Position numbers and translations under genes: made by a program
The notes under the pieces: generated by a model
Seen by the model: the letters and a program-made list of their open reading frames with translations, nothing else
Database searches by the model: none
What the model was told of the DNA's origin: nothing
From: an uncultured Gemmatimonadaceae bacterium
Lineage (GTDB): Bacteria; Gemmatimonadota; Gemmatimonadetes; Gemmatimonadales; Gemmatimonadaceae
Length of the DNA stretch: 60,213 bases
Direction: 5' to 3'
Assembly (NCBI GenBank): GCA_963751275.1
Contig: CAVVTZ010000003.1
Coordinates: forward strand, 1-60,213
Part shown: one piece after another, positions 21,105 to 31,628 of the stretch
Layout of the letters: every line of letters starts with the position of its first letter
Numbering within the stretch: position 1 is the stretch's first letter

Positions 21105-22250
21105 GTGACCGGTACGAACATTAGAATCCGCGCGCTCATTCGCGCCGCGGCGGTGGTCTTCTTCGCGGTGGTGACAGCGTGCGCCAAGAAGGGCGCGCCG
21201 CCCGCCTTCCCGCCGGCCGAGGTGACGGTGGTCACGGTGCAGCCGCGGCGCCATCGCCGCAGCCGTTCGACTTCCGGGGCCAGGTGGTGGCGTACCGGCG
21301 CGTGGAGGTGCGGTCGCGGGTGGACGGGGATCATCGAGGCGCGCGCCGTTCACGGAGGGCAGCGTCGTGGAGCCGGGCCAGCTGCTCTACCAGCTCGACA
21401 CGACGCGCTACGAGGCGGCGTACCGCGAGCGCGCAGGCGCGGTTCGACAACGCGCAGCGGACCTCGAGCGCGCTCGAGCCGCTGCTGGCGCAGCACGCGG
21501 TGGCGCAGCAGGACGTGGACAACGCGCGCTTCGAGTACGAGGCGGCGCAGGCGGCGCTCGACGCGGCGAAGAAGGACCTCGACGACACGCGAGGTCGTGG
21601 CGGAGATCGCGGGGCGGGTGGGCCGGACGCTGCTCGACGTCGGCGGCGCGCGTGACCGGGCCCGCGGACCTGCTGACGACGATCGACCGGCTGGATCCGG
21701 TGTACGTCACCTTCCAGCCGTCCTCGCAGCAGCTGCTCGAGTGGCGCGAGAACCCGCGCTGGCGCGCGCTCATCGAGCCGGGCAGCCGGCTCGCGGTGCA
21801 GGTGGTCCTGCCCGACAGCACGGTGCTGCCGCGGACGGGGCGGCTCGATTTCGTCGCGCCGGCGCTCGATTCGGCCACGGGCACGGAGGAGTTCCGGGCC
21901 GTGTTCCAGAACCCCGACCGGCTGCTCGTGCCGGGCGAGTTCGTGCGGGTGCGGCTGGTCGGGCTTCGTGCGCGACAGCGCGCTCGCGGTGCCGCAGCGC
22001 GCGGTGCAGACCGGCGCTCGGGCGCCAGTTCGTGTACGTGGTGGGGCCGGGGACACGTCGCGCAGACCCGCGACGTCGCAGGCGGGCCCGTGGGCCGGCG
22101 ATCTGTGGATCATCGACCACGGGCTGCGAGCCCGGCGACCGGTCATCGTGGACGGCGTGCAGAAGGTCGGGCCGGGACGCCCGGTGACGCCCGGTGCCGC
22201 CTCGGCGACAGCGCCGCGCGCCGACGCGCGCGGAGGCCGGGCGCGAGCAC
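21105..22250 (+). CDS. RND efflux periplasmic adaptor (MFP), many frameshifts
   Basis: Lipoprotein signal 'VVTAC', 'YRRVEVRSRVDG', 'GQLLYQLD', 'LTTIDRLDPVYVTF', 'LLVPGEFVRV', 'VIVDGVQK'; end approximate. Confidence 0.88.
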
Positions 22251-25200
22251 GCAGCCGGCCGCGGCGCACCGCGGCGCCGCGGGCGCCGACCGCGCCGCGG
22301 AGCGTCCGAGATCCAGTACTACTTCATCCGCCGGCCGGTGCTGGCCGGCGTGATCTCGATCGTCATCACGCTGCATCGGGCTGCTTCGCGATCCGGCTGC
22401 TGCCGATCTCGCGCTATCCGCAGATCACGCCGCCCGCGCATCGCAGGTGACGGCGGTCGTATCCGGGCGCGACGGCGCAGGACGTGGCCGAGGCGGTGGC
22501 CGCGCCGATCGAGCAGCAGCTGCTCGGGCCTGCAGGGGACTGCTGTACTACACGTCGGCCAACGCGAGCGACGGGACGATGAGGCTGCCGATCTACTTCG
22601 ACGTCACGCGCGACGCAGGACCTCGCGGCGGTGGACGTGCAGAACGCGGTGCAGCTGGCGGTGCCGCAGCTGCCCGGCGCCGGTGCGGCAGAACGGGGTG
22701 ACGATCCTCAAGGCGAACACCGACATCCTCGCGGTGGCGGCGCTCACGTCGAGCGATCCCGCGCTACGACGCGCCGTACCTCACCAACTACTGCAAGCTG
22801 TACGTCGAGGACGAGCTGAAGCGCGTGCCCGGGATCGGCAACGCGCAGACGTTCGGCGGCCTGCAGTTCTCGATGCTGCTGCAGCTCGACCCGGCGCGGA
22901 TGGCGCAGCTGCGGCGTCACGGTGGGCGACGTCGCGACGGCGGTGCGCGAGCAGAACGCGACCAATCCCGCGGGGCGGCATCGGCCGCGAGCCGGCGCCG
23001 GCGGGCACCGCAGCTGACCGATCCCGGTCACGACGCTGGGGCGCCTCACAGACGCCCGAGCAGTTCGACGACATCGTGGTGCGCGCGAAGCCGGACGGCT
23101 CGCTGGTGCGCCTCCGCGACGTCGGGCGCGCGGTGCTCGGCTCGCAGAACTACGACTTCGAGGCGCGGCTCAACGGCAAGCCCACGGCCTTCGTGCTGCT
23201 CTACCTGCGCCCCGGCGCGAACGCGCTCGCGGGCGCGCGACGCGGTGGAGCAGCGGCTGAAGGAGCTGTCGAAGACCTTCCCGCCGGGCATCACGCTCAG
23301 CATCCCCTTCGACACCACGCCGTTCGTCACCGCGCTCGATCAAGGAGGTCGTGATCACGCTGCTCGAGGCGATGGCGCTCGTGGCGCTGGTGGTGTTCGT
23401 CTTCCTGCAGAGCTGGCGCGCGACGCTGATCCCGATGCTGGCCGTGCCGGTCAGCGTGATCGGCACCTTCCTCGGCCTCGACGCTGCTCGGGCTGTCTCG
23501 ATCAACGTGCTGACGCTGTTCGCGCTGGTGCTCGCGATCGGCATCGTGGTGGACGACGCCATCGTGGTGATCGAGAACGTCGAGCGCATCATGGCCACCG
23601 AGAAGGTGTCGGCGCGCGTCGCCGCCGACCGCGCGATCCGCAGGTGGCCGGCGCGCTGGTGGCGATCGTGCTCTCGCTGGTCGCGGTGTTCGTGCCGGTG
23701 GCGTTCACCGGCGGCGTGACCGGCGCGATGTTCCGGCAGTTCGCGATCACGATCGTGATCGCGGTGGTGCTCTCCGGGCTCGTGGCGCTCACGCTCACGC
23801 CGGCGCTCTGCGCGATGCTCCTCGGAAGGAGACGGTCGAGACGCACACCACCGGGCCCTTCGGCGTCTTCAACCGGTGCTTCGCGCGCTTCGCCGAGCGC
23901 TACGTGCGGCGCGGTGGACAGCGTGCTCGGCCGCCCGCGCGCGTGGCTCGGCGCGATCGTCGTGATCGTCGCGCTCGCCGCGCTGCTCTGGCGCGTCGTG
24001 CCCACGTCGTTCATCCCCACCGAGGACAAGGGCTACTTCGCGATCGCGGTGCAGCTTCCCGACGCGGCGTCGCTGCAGCGCACCGACGGCGGTGGTGCGA
24101 GCGCGTCGAGGGGTTCCTGCAGCAGGATTCCGCGGTGCAAGAACATCGTGGCGCTCGCGGGCTTCGACATCCTGAGCCGCGCGAGCCAGCCGAACAGCGC
24201 GACGATCTTCGTGAACGTGAAGCCCTGGGATGAGCGCGGCAAGCAGCGAGACGGTCGATGCGATCACCGCCCGGCTGAACGGCAAGCTCTTCGGCATGCG
24301 CGAGGCCATCGGCTTCGCCTTCAACCTGCCGGAGATCCCGGGCCTCGGCGCCACGTCGGGCGTCGAGGCGAACCTGCAGGACCGCGGCGGCCTGCCGGTG
24401 CAGGATTTCGCCACGCAGGTGCAGGCCTTCACCGCCGGCGGCGAACCAGCTGCCGTCGGTCCGGGGCGTGAACGCGACCTTCCGCGCCAACGTGCCGCAG
24501 CTGTATCGTGGACGTGGACCGCGCGGCGGCGAAGGCGCGCGGCGTGCGCGCTCGGCGACGTGTTCGGCACGCTGCAGGCGCTGCTGTCGACGCTGTACGT
24601 CAACGACTTCAACCTGTACGGCAAGACCTACCGCGTGCAGATCGAGGCGCAGGCGCCGTTCCGCCAGCGCCCGCAGGACATCGGCCAGCTTGTACGTGCG
24701 CGGCACGAACGACGTGATGATCCCGATCTCGACGCTCACGCGAGCGGAGTTCCGCAGCGCGACCCGACGCTCATCACGCGCTTCAACGGCTTCACGTCGG
24801 CGCTGCATCACGGGCGCGCCGAAGCCGGGGCACAGCTCCGGCGAGATGATGGACGAGCTCGACGAACCTGGTGCGCACCAAGTTCGCCGCGCAGGGGCTC
24901 GCGCATCGCGTACTCAGGACAGTCGTACCAGGAGCGCGCGTCGAGCGGCGCGGCCGGCACGGTGTTCGCGCTCGGCCTCGTGCTCGTGTTCCTCGTGCTC
25001 GCGGCGCAGTACGAGAGCTGGTCGCTGCCGTTCGCCGTGCTGCTCGGCGTGCCGTTCGGCGTGCTCGGCGCGTTCCTCGGCATCTGGCTGCGCGGGCAGC
25101 CGAACGACATCTACGTGCAGGTCGGGCTGCTCACGGTGGTCGGGCTCGCGGCCAAGAACGCGATCCTCATCGTGGAGTTCGCCACCGAGTTGCGCGCTCA

Positions 25201-25460
25201 GGGACTGTCGATCAAGGACGCCGCACTCGAGGCGGCGCGCGAGCGGCTGCGCCCGATCCTCATGACATCGTTCGCGTTCATTCTGCGGCGTGTCGCCGCT
25301 GCTGGTGGCCGGCGGTGCCGGCGCGGCGAGCCGCCACTCCATCGGCACCACCGTCTTCGCCGGCATGCTGGTCGCGACGTCTATCGGGATCTTCTTCATC
25401 CCGCTCTTCTTCTGGACCATCCGGAGCCTCGCCGAGCGGGGCAAGGCGCGGGCGGCATGA
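22245..25460 (+). CDS. RND efflux permease (AcrB/HAE1 family), many frameshifts
   Basis: '[14 protein letters not shown]', '[19 protein letters not shown]', '[10 protein letters not shown]', '[11 protein letters not shown]', '[14 protein letters not shown]', 'RLRPILMTS'; start approximate. Confidence 0.93.
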
Positions 25461-26920
25461 AGGCGCGCGTCGGAGTGGTCGCGGCGCTCATCGTATTGGC
25501 CGCTTGCCCGGTGGGGCCGAACTACGAGCCGCAGCCGCCGGTGCCGCCTTCCACCAGGTGGGCACGCCGCGCGGGCCCGACTCGATCACGAAATTCTACG
25601 ACTCGCTCGCCGCCGCGCGCGCCGCCGATTCATCGGCCACCGCGCACATGGCTGCGGCGCACACGGTGCTGGCGACGCAGATCGCGGACCTCGCCTGGCT
25701 CGACATCCTGAACGACACCGTTCTGGTGCGCCTCGTGGAGACCGCCGTGCGCCAGAACCGCGATCTCGCGCTGGCGCGCGCGCGGATCACCGAGTTCCGC
25801 GCCGAGGCGGGCGTCGCGGCGGCGCCGCTGTATCCGAACATCTCGCTGAACGCGTCCGCGAGCACGAACCGCATCGCGCTCCCGAACATCAAGTGACGAA
25901 GCCTACCGCGGCACCGGCGATCTGGCGTGGGAGCTCGACTTCTGGGGGAAGACGCGGCGCGGCGTGCAGGCCGCCAATGCGGATGCCGAAGCGCAGGATG
26001 CATTGGCCCGCGCCGCGGTGCTGTCGCTCGTGAGCGACGTAGCGAGTGCCTATCTCACGCTGCTCGAGCTCGACCAGGAGCGCGCGATCTCGGAGGCAGA
26101 CGCTCGCGACGCGCCGCGCGACCCTCGAGCTCGCCCGCCAGCGCTATGAGAACGGTCTCACATCGGAGATCGACGTGCGCGCCTTCGAGGCGCAGGTCGC
26201 GGTGCCGGCGGCGCGCCTCGCACAGGTGCAACAGCTGCGCGCCCAGCAGGAGCATCTCCTGAGCGTGCTGCTGGGCGACGCGAACGTGGTCATCCCGCAC
26301 GGCGGCCTGCTCACGCTTTCGTCGCGCACGGTGATCATCCCGGATTCACTGCCGTCCACGCTGCTCGACCGGCGGCCGGATGTGAAGGCGGCCGAGCGCC
26401 AGTACGCGGCGGCGATGGCGCGCATCGGCGTCGCCGACGCGGCGCGGTACCCCGCGATCTCCATCGTGGCGGATTACGGCCAGCAGTCCGACCACGGTCG
26501 GGCAATTCTTCGCGCCGGGGAACAACGTGTACACGCTGCAGGGCGGACTCTCGTTCCCGCTCTTCACCGGCGGGCAGCTGAGCGAGGAGGCGCGCGCCGC
26601 GCGCGCGCGGGCGCAGCAGGCGCAGGCGACGTACGAGCAGGTGCTCGCTCACCGCGCTGCAGGAAGCGGGCGACGCGCTCGCGGGCGTGCGCTCGGCGCG
26701 CGAGCAGGCCGCCGCGCAGGAGACCCAGACCGTCGCGCTCCGCCGCGCACTCGTGCTCGCGCAGGACCGGTACCAGGGCGGCGTGTCCGGATTCCTCGAG
26801 GTGCTCGAAGCGCAGCGAGGGCTGTTCGACGCCGAGGTGGCGCTGAGCCAATCGCAACTGCAGGAAATGGTAGCGGCGGTGCAACTCTACAAGGCGCTCG
26901 GGGGGAGCTGGACGCACTAA
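25457..26920 (+). CDS. RND outer-membrane factor (OprM/NodT-like lipoprotein), frameshifted
   Basis: '[10 protein letters not shown]', 'WELDFWG', '[12 protein letters not shown]', '[11 protein letters not shown]'; ATGA overlap with permease. Confidence 0.92.
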
Positions 26921-26951
26921 CGACTAAACGCGAAGTAGGTTAGTCGAACCC

Positions 26952-27100
26952 CGAACTCCGTACTTGGTCACCCGAACTCCGCGTGTGGCTTTTGACGTGT
27001 GGTAAAGGCTCGGGCGTTCCTGGGGTTGCCATGCACGTCTGAGCCTTGACTACACGTCACGCGCCACACGCGGAGTTCGGGGGACCAAGTACGGAGTTCG
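26952..27100. repeat. ~149-bp palindromic element, family B (CCGAACTCCG motif)
   Basis: Arms of ~66 bp (CGAACTCCGTACTTGGTC.CCCGAACTCCGCGTGTGGC...) around a ~17-nt loop, between convergent genes. Confidence 0.9.
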
Positions 27101-27103
27101 CCG

Positions 27104-30100
27104 TTATGGATTCCCGTGCATTTCCATCATCCCTCTGTGGAATTGCATCACGTCGTTCTTCATGAGCGCATCCACCATTGTCTGCGTCGCGACCAGCCGG
27201 TCGTGAAGTTCCTTGGCCACCGCCTGCTGCGATTCGGTCGGCGCGTAATCCGAGCCGCCGATGGAGTTGGCGAGGTACAGCAACTGCTCGCCGATCTTGA
27301 CCGGGTTCCGGATCGCGTCCTGTCCGCGCCCGGTCGCGAGCACGTTCCGTAGCTGCGACTCGGCATCGAGCAGCTTCTTGTCGAGCGAATCCATGGCGGC
27401 GCGATGCCCTGCGCCCATGGAATCCGCCGGCGCCTGCGCCTTCATTACGGCGAGCATCGCCCGCGTCTTCTCGAGCGAGTTCACGAGTCCGGCCGCCGTG
27501 TTGATGTCCGCCATGATGCCCTTGAGGAGCACGCCCTGCGCGGCGATGTCCGCGTCACTCCCGCCCGATGCCGGATCCTTCAGCACGGTGAACGATTGCG
27601 AGAGCTTCTTGCCGGACGCGCTGAGCGTCACGGTGTACCTGGCCGGCGGCTCGAGCAGCGCGTAGCGGCCGAAGCCCGGCGCTGGCTTCCCCTCGTTCGG
27701 GATCACCAGCCACGGCGAGTACAGCGGACTCACGCGAATGCGCGCCTCCGCCGTCGGATCGCCGCGGAGGTCCCACCACGCGCGGTTGAGTCCTGCCTTC
27801 ACGGGCACCTTCATCGTGCGCACCGTCGCGCCAGATGCGTCGGCGACGGTGAACGTCGCGCTGTCGGTCTTGCCCGCGGTCTTCACCCAGAAGGTGAACG
27901 GCACGCCCTCCGGCGCGGTCTCGCCGTAATTGACTCCCTTCTCCATGCCCGTGCTGTACGGCGCCTCCACGGGGCGAAAGCGGTACGCGTCGCGCGGCTG
28001 GAAGAGATGCGCATCGGCCGCCGTGACCTCCGCGTTCATCGCGCGGAGCGGCGTGATGTCGTCCACGATGTAGAAGCCGCGGCCGTACGTCGCGATCACG
28101 AGATCATTGAATCGCTCCTGTACCACGAGCCAATACACCGGCGCGCGCGGCATGTCGTTCTGGAATTCCTGCCAGTGGCCGCCGTCGTCGAAGCTCACAT
28201 ACAGGCCGCCCTCGGTGCCGAGGTAGAGCAGGCCGCGCCGCACCGGATCCTCGCGCACCACGTGGGCATACGAGAGCGGCGTCTTCGCGAGACCGGTGGT
28301 GATGAGCTTCCACGTCTTGCCGTAATCGGCCGTCTTGTAGACCCAGGGATCGCGGTTGTTCGCCTGGTGGCCGTCCACGGTGATGTACGCCGTGGCCGCG
28401 TCGAAGCGCGACGGCTCGATGTTGCTCACCGTGCCCCAGCCGAGCATGCCGGGGATGTTCGCGGTGACGTTCGTCCACGTCTTGCCGTTGTCGCGCGTGA
28501 TGTGCACGAGCCCATCGTTCGAGCCGGCCCAGATCGTGCCTTTCTCCTTGGGCGACTCCGCGATCGCGAAGAGGACGCCGGAATACTCGACGCCGATGTT
28601 GTCCGGCGTGAGCCCGCCCGAGAGTCCCATGCGCGACTTGTCGTTGCGCGTGAGGTCGGGGCTCATCACGCTCCACGTCTTGCCGCCGTCGGTGGTGACG
28701 TGCACGAACTGACTGCCCGCGTACACCCGGTTGTGATCGAAGGGCGAGATCGTGAGCGGGAAGGTCCACACGAAGCGGTACTTCACGTCGGACGCGGCGG
28801 TGCCGGTGGTGGCCATTGGCCAGATCTCCACCTCGTTGATGGAGTTCGTGGGCCAGTGATAGCGCGTGGCGATGCCGCCCACGGAACCGGAGCCGCTCGC
28901 GCTCGACCAGACGAGATTCGAATCCTGCGGATCGGGCGTCGCCCAGCCGCTCTCGCCGCCGCCCACCGTGCGCCAGAGCGCCGGCGGGATGCCGAGCTCC
29001 TCGCCGTACTGCGCGGGGAGCTTCGCGTTGCTCGGTCCCGCGGCCGACGGTCCATCCTGCTTGTTGCCGTACAGCCAGTAGGGGATGCGGTCGTCCACGG
29101 TGACGTGGTACATCTGCGCGATGGGCAGCTGCACGCGCAGCCAGCTCAAGCCGCGGTTGATGGTGATCGAGACGCCGCCGTCGTGACTCACGATGAAACG
29201 GTTGCCGTTCTTCGCGTCGAACCAGATGTCGTGGTGGTCGCCGTAGGCGATCTGGTCGCGCGGCGGGTCGATCATCGTCTTGCCGCCGTCTAGCGTCTTC
29301 GTCCAGTTCGCGGAGAGGAAATACGCTTCATCGGCGTTGTCGGGCGTCACGCCCATGCGGTTGTAGTAGGCGGTGCGTCCGCCTATCTGATGATCGGAGT
29401 TCGTGAGCTGCCAGGTCTCGCCCGCATCGTCGGAGCGCCAGAGGTGGCCGTTGTCGGTGGGCTTGCCGTGCCAGGGCGCGCCGTCGCCCGTCTCGATGGA
29501 CGCGTAGACCCGCTGCGGGTTCGCGGCGCTGATGCCGAGTCCTACCTTGCCGTACGGTCTCAGCGGGAGTCCGTGCCCCACGAGGCGCTTCCACGTGGTG
29601 CCGCCGTCGATGGACTTCCAGATGCTGCTGCCGGCGCCGCCGCTCTCGCGCCCCCAGGTGTGGATCTCGATCTGCCACATCGCGGCGTAGAGGATGCGCG
29701 GATTCGTGGGATCCATCACGAGGTCCACCGCGCCGGTGGAATCGTTGACGAAGAGCACCCGCTCCCACGTCTTGCCGCCGTCGGTGGTGCGGTAGATGCC
29801 GCGCTCCGGCTGCGGACCGTAGGCGTGGCCGAGCGCGGCGACGTAGACGCGCTCGGGATCGCGCGGATCGATGACGATGCGCGCGATGCGCCCGGTGGCT
29901 TCGAGTCCCGCGCGCGACCAGGTGGCGCCCGCGTCGGTGGACTTGAACATCCCCCAGCCCACGGAGATGTGGCTGCGGATGAACGGCTCGCCGGTGCCGA
30001 CCCACACCACGTTCGGATCGGAGGGCGCGACCGTGACCGAGCCGATCGAGGAGACGGGCTCCTTGTCGAAGATGGGCTTCCAGTGGATGCCGCCATCGGT

Positions 30101-30340
30101 GGTCTTCCAGAGTCCCCCGCTCGCCGCGCCGGCGTAGTAGGTGGCGGGATCGCCATTCACGCCGGCGACCGAGGTGACGCGATTGCCCTCGGGGCCGACG
30201 AATCGGAAATGAAAGGCGGCGGCCGACGCGCTGTCGAGCACTGAGGCCGCGGCGGCCGGCTTGGCCTGCGCGCGGAGAAGGGAAGGCGGAATGATCGCGA
30301 TGGCGATCGCGAGCGCGATGATGCGACGGGCGCTGGACAT
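27104..30340 (-). CDS. VPS10/BNR-repeat beta-propeller (putative glycosyl hydrolase), secreted
   Basis: ATG 30340 'MSSARRIIALAIAIA', many S/T-x-D-G-G-x-T-W Asp-boxes, 'DHHDIW', 'AQMYHV', 'ATYGRGFYIVDD'. Confidence 0.9.
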   Translation of the reverse strand: MSSARRIIALAIAIAIIPPSLLRAQAKPAAAASVLDSASAAAFHFRFVGPEGNRVTSVAGVNGDPATYYAGAASGGLWKTTDGGIHWKPIFDKEPVSSIGSVTVAPSDPNVVWVGTGEPFIRSHISVGWGMFKSTDAGATWSRAGLEATGRIARIVIDPRDPERVYVAALGHAYGPQPERGIYRTTDGGKTWERVLFVNDSTGAVDLVMDPTNPRILYAAMWQIEIHTWGRESGGAGSSIWKSIDGGTTWKRLVGHGLPLRPYGKVGLGISAANPQRVYASIETGDGAPWHGKPTDNGHLWRSDDAGETWQLTNSDHQIGGRTAYYNRMGVTPDNADEAYFLSANWTKTLDGGKTMIDPPRDQIAYGDHHDIWFDAKNGNRFIVSHDGGVSITINRGLSWLRVQLPIAQMYHVTVDDRIPYWLYGNKQDGPSAAGPSNAKLPAQYGEELGIPPALWRTVGGGESGWATPDPQDSNLVWSSASGSGSVGGIATRYHWPTNSINEVEIWPMATTGTAASDVKYRFVWTFPLTISPFDHNRVYAGSQFVHVTTDGGKTWSVMSPDLTRNDKSRMGLSGGLTPDNIGVEYSGVLFAIAESPKEKGTIWAGSNDGLVHITRDNGKTWTNVTANIPGMLGWGTVSNIEPSRFDAATAYITVDGHQANNRDPWVYKTADYGKTWKLITTGLAKTPLSYAHVVREDPVRRGLLYLGTEGGLYVSFDDGGHWQEFQNDMPRAPVYWLVVQERFNDLVIATYGRGFYIVDDITPLRAMNAEVTAADAHLFQPRDAYRFRPVEAPYSTGMEKGVNYGETAPEGVPFTFWVKTAGKTDSATFTVADASGATVRTMKVPVKAGLNRAWWDLRGDPTAEARIRVSPLYSPWLVIPNEGKPAPGFGRYALLEPPARYTVTLSASGKKLSQSFTVLKDPASGGSDADIAAQGVLLKGIMADINTAAGLVNSLEKTRAMLAVMKAQAPADSMGAGHRAAMDSLDKKLLDAESQLRNVLATGRGQDAIRNPVKIGEQLLYLANSIGGSDYAPTESQQAVAKELHDRLVATQTMVDALMKNDVMQFHRGMMEMHGNP

Positions 30341-30407
30341 GTGCTGCTCCTGGGGAGAACGATGCGGGAGAAACGCTACGGTGCGCCGGGCTGGCGCGCC
30401 AGAACCC

Positions 30408-30762
30408 GCGACACCCGAACTCCGTGAGTGGCCACCCCGAACACCGTGAGGCGTGAGGCGTGCGACGAACTGACTGTACGGCGTGAGGCGAACCCCGAAC
30501 GCCGTGAGGCGCGACCCGAACAGCGTGACTCGTAACCCGAACGCCGTGAGTGCACTCACGACTTACGGAGTTCGGGTGACCAATAACGCGTTTCGAGGTG
30601 CGACTGACGGCGTTCGGGGTTCGCCTCACGCCGCACAGTCAGTTCGTCGCACGCCTCACGCCTCACGGTGTTCGGGTCTCGCCTCACGCCCCACAGTCAG
30701 TTCGTCGCACGCCTCACGCCTCGCGGCATTCGGGGTGGCCACTCACGGAGTTTGGGTGTCGC
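30408..30762. repeat. ~355-bp compound inverted repeat built from 7/21-bp units (family B related)
   Basis: GCGACACCCGAACTCCGTGAGTGGCCACCCCGAA... mirrored by ...TTCGGGGTGGCCACTCACGGAGTTTGGGTGTCGC; CGTGAGG and CCCGAAC heptamers; ~58-bp unit duplicated in the right arm. Confidence 0.9.
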
Positions 30763-30787
30763 CTCTTCCCGTGTTATCCTACCTATC

Positions 30788-31396
30788 ATGCGAATTCGGC
30801 TCGTCGCCCTCGCGCTGGTCGTGCCGATCATATCAGCCGCGCAGCGCAGCCAACCCTCGTGGGTATTCAACGCGAGCGTGTACGCCTACGCGCCGCCCGA
30901 TGATCCCGATTACCTCCAGCCGAATCTCCTCGCCGATCATGGCGGCCTCCATTCCGAGGGCCGCTACAACTACGAGGCGATCAACACCACGTCCCTCTGG
31001 GCCGGCGTGAACCTCGGCACCGGTCACAAGCTGCGGTTGGACGTCACGCTCATGGGCGGCGCCGTCTTCGGCGGTTTGGACGGTATCGCGCCGGGCACCG
31101 AGATCACGCTCTCGTACGGGCCGCTCTCCCTGTACAGTCAGGGCGAGTACGTCATCGATCTCCAGAACACGTCCGGCAGCTTCTTCTATAACTGGTCGCA
31201 GTTCACCTGGCAGCCCACGGACTGGTTGCAGCTCGGGCTCGTGGCGCAGCGCACGCGCGCCTATCAAACGGCGCGCGACATCCAACGCGGATTCTTCGCT
31301 GGCCTCACGGTCAAGCGTTTCACCTTCGATGCCTACGTGTTCGATCCCGACAAGGCGTCGCCCACGTGGGTGGTCTCCGCCGGAGTGGGGTTCTGA
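30788..31396 (+). CDS. Putative outer-membrane beta-barrel protein
   Basis: Signal peptide, alternating aromatic strands ('EGRYNYE','FFYNWS'), C-terminal Phe. Confidence 0.7.
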   Translation: MRIRLVALALVVPIISAAQRSQPSWVFNASVYAYAPPDDPDYLQPNLLADHGGLHSEGRYNYEAINTTSLWAGVNLGTGHKLRLDVTLMGGAVFGGLDGIAPGTEITLSYGPLSLYSQGEYVIDLQNTSGSFFYNWSQFTWQPTDWLQLGLVAQRTRAYQTARDIQRGFFAGLTVKRFTFDAYVFDPDKASPTWVVSAGVGF

Positions 31397-31617
31397 TGGC
31401 CACGAGCCGGCGCGGGAGCAAATACCAGTACATCACCTGCGCGCATTGCCGCCGCTCGCTGGAGGTCGCGCGCTACGCCGCGGCGTGGCCCGACAACGGC
31501 GTCGAGCGGGATCGGGTGCACCGTGTCTTCGATCCGCTCGCGCCGCAGTTGACCGTCGAGTGCTCGTGCGGGCACTTCACTTCGCTCGTGAAACGGAAGG
31601 ACGAAGCGAAGGCGTAG
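31396..31617 (+). CDS. Small putative zinc-binding protein
   Basis: 73 aa with CAHC and CSCGH; TGATG overlap with upstream gene. Confidence 0.6.
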   Translation: MATSRRGSKYQYITCAHCRRSLEVARYAAAWPDNGVERDRVHRVFDPLAPQLTVECSCGHFTSLVKRKDEAKA

Positions 31618-31628
31618 TGCGCCGTGCG

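Noticed and set aside
21105..26920. RND operon, trb genes, ABC permease and aminotransferase as pseudogenes or programmed frameshifts
   Set aside because: Indels are dense in patches while motifs and codon bias stay intact and neighbouring multi-kb genes are clean; this fits sequencing or polishing error better than decay or recoding
30408..30762. CRISPR array
   Set aside because: Units are 7-21 bp, degenerate and arranged as an inverted repeat, with no unique 30-40 bp spacers and no cas genes
15573..30762. Integron attC cassette array
   Set aside because: No integrase, no RYYYAAC/GTTRRRY ends on the hairpins, and intervening genes lie in both orientations
30341..30787. N-terminal extensions and ORFs reading 'LTAFGVRLTP' repeats
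   Set aside because: These are translations of the intergenic repeat; signal-peptide starts are at 30340 and 30788
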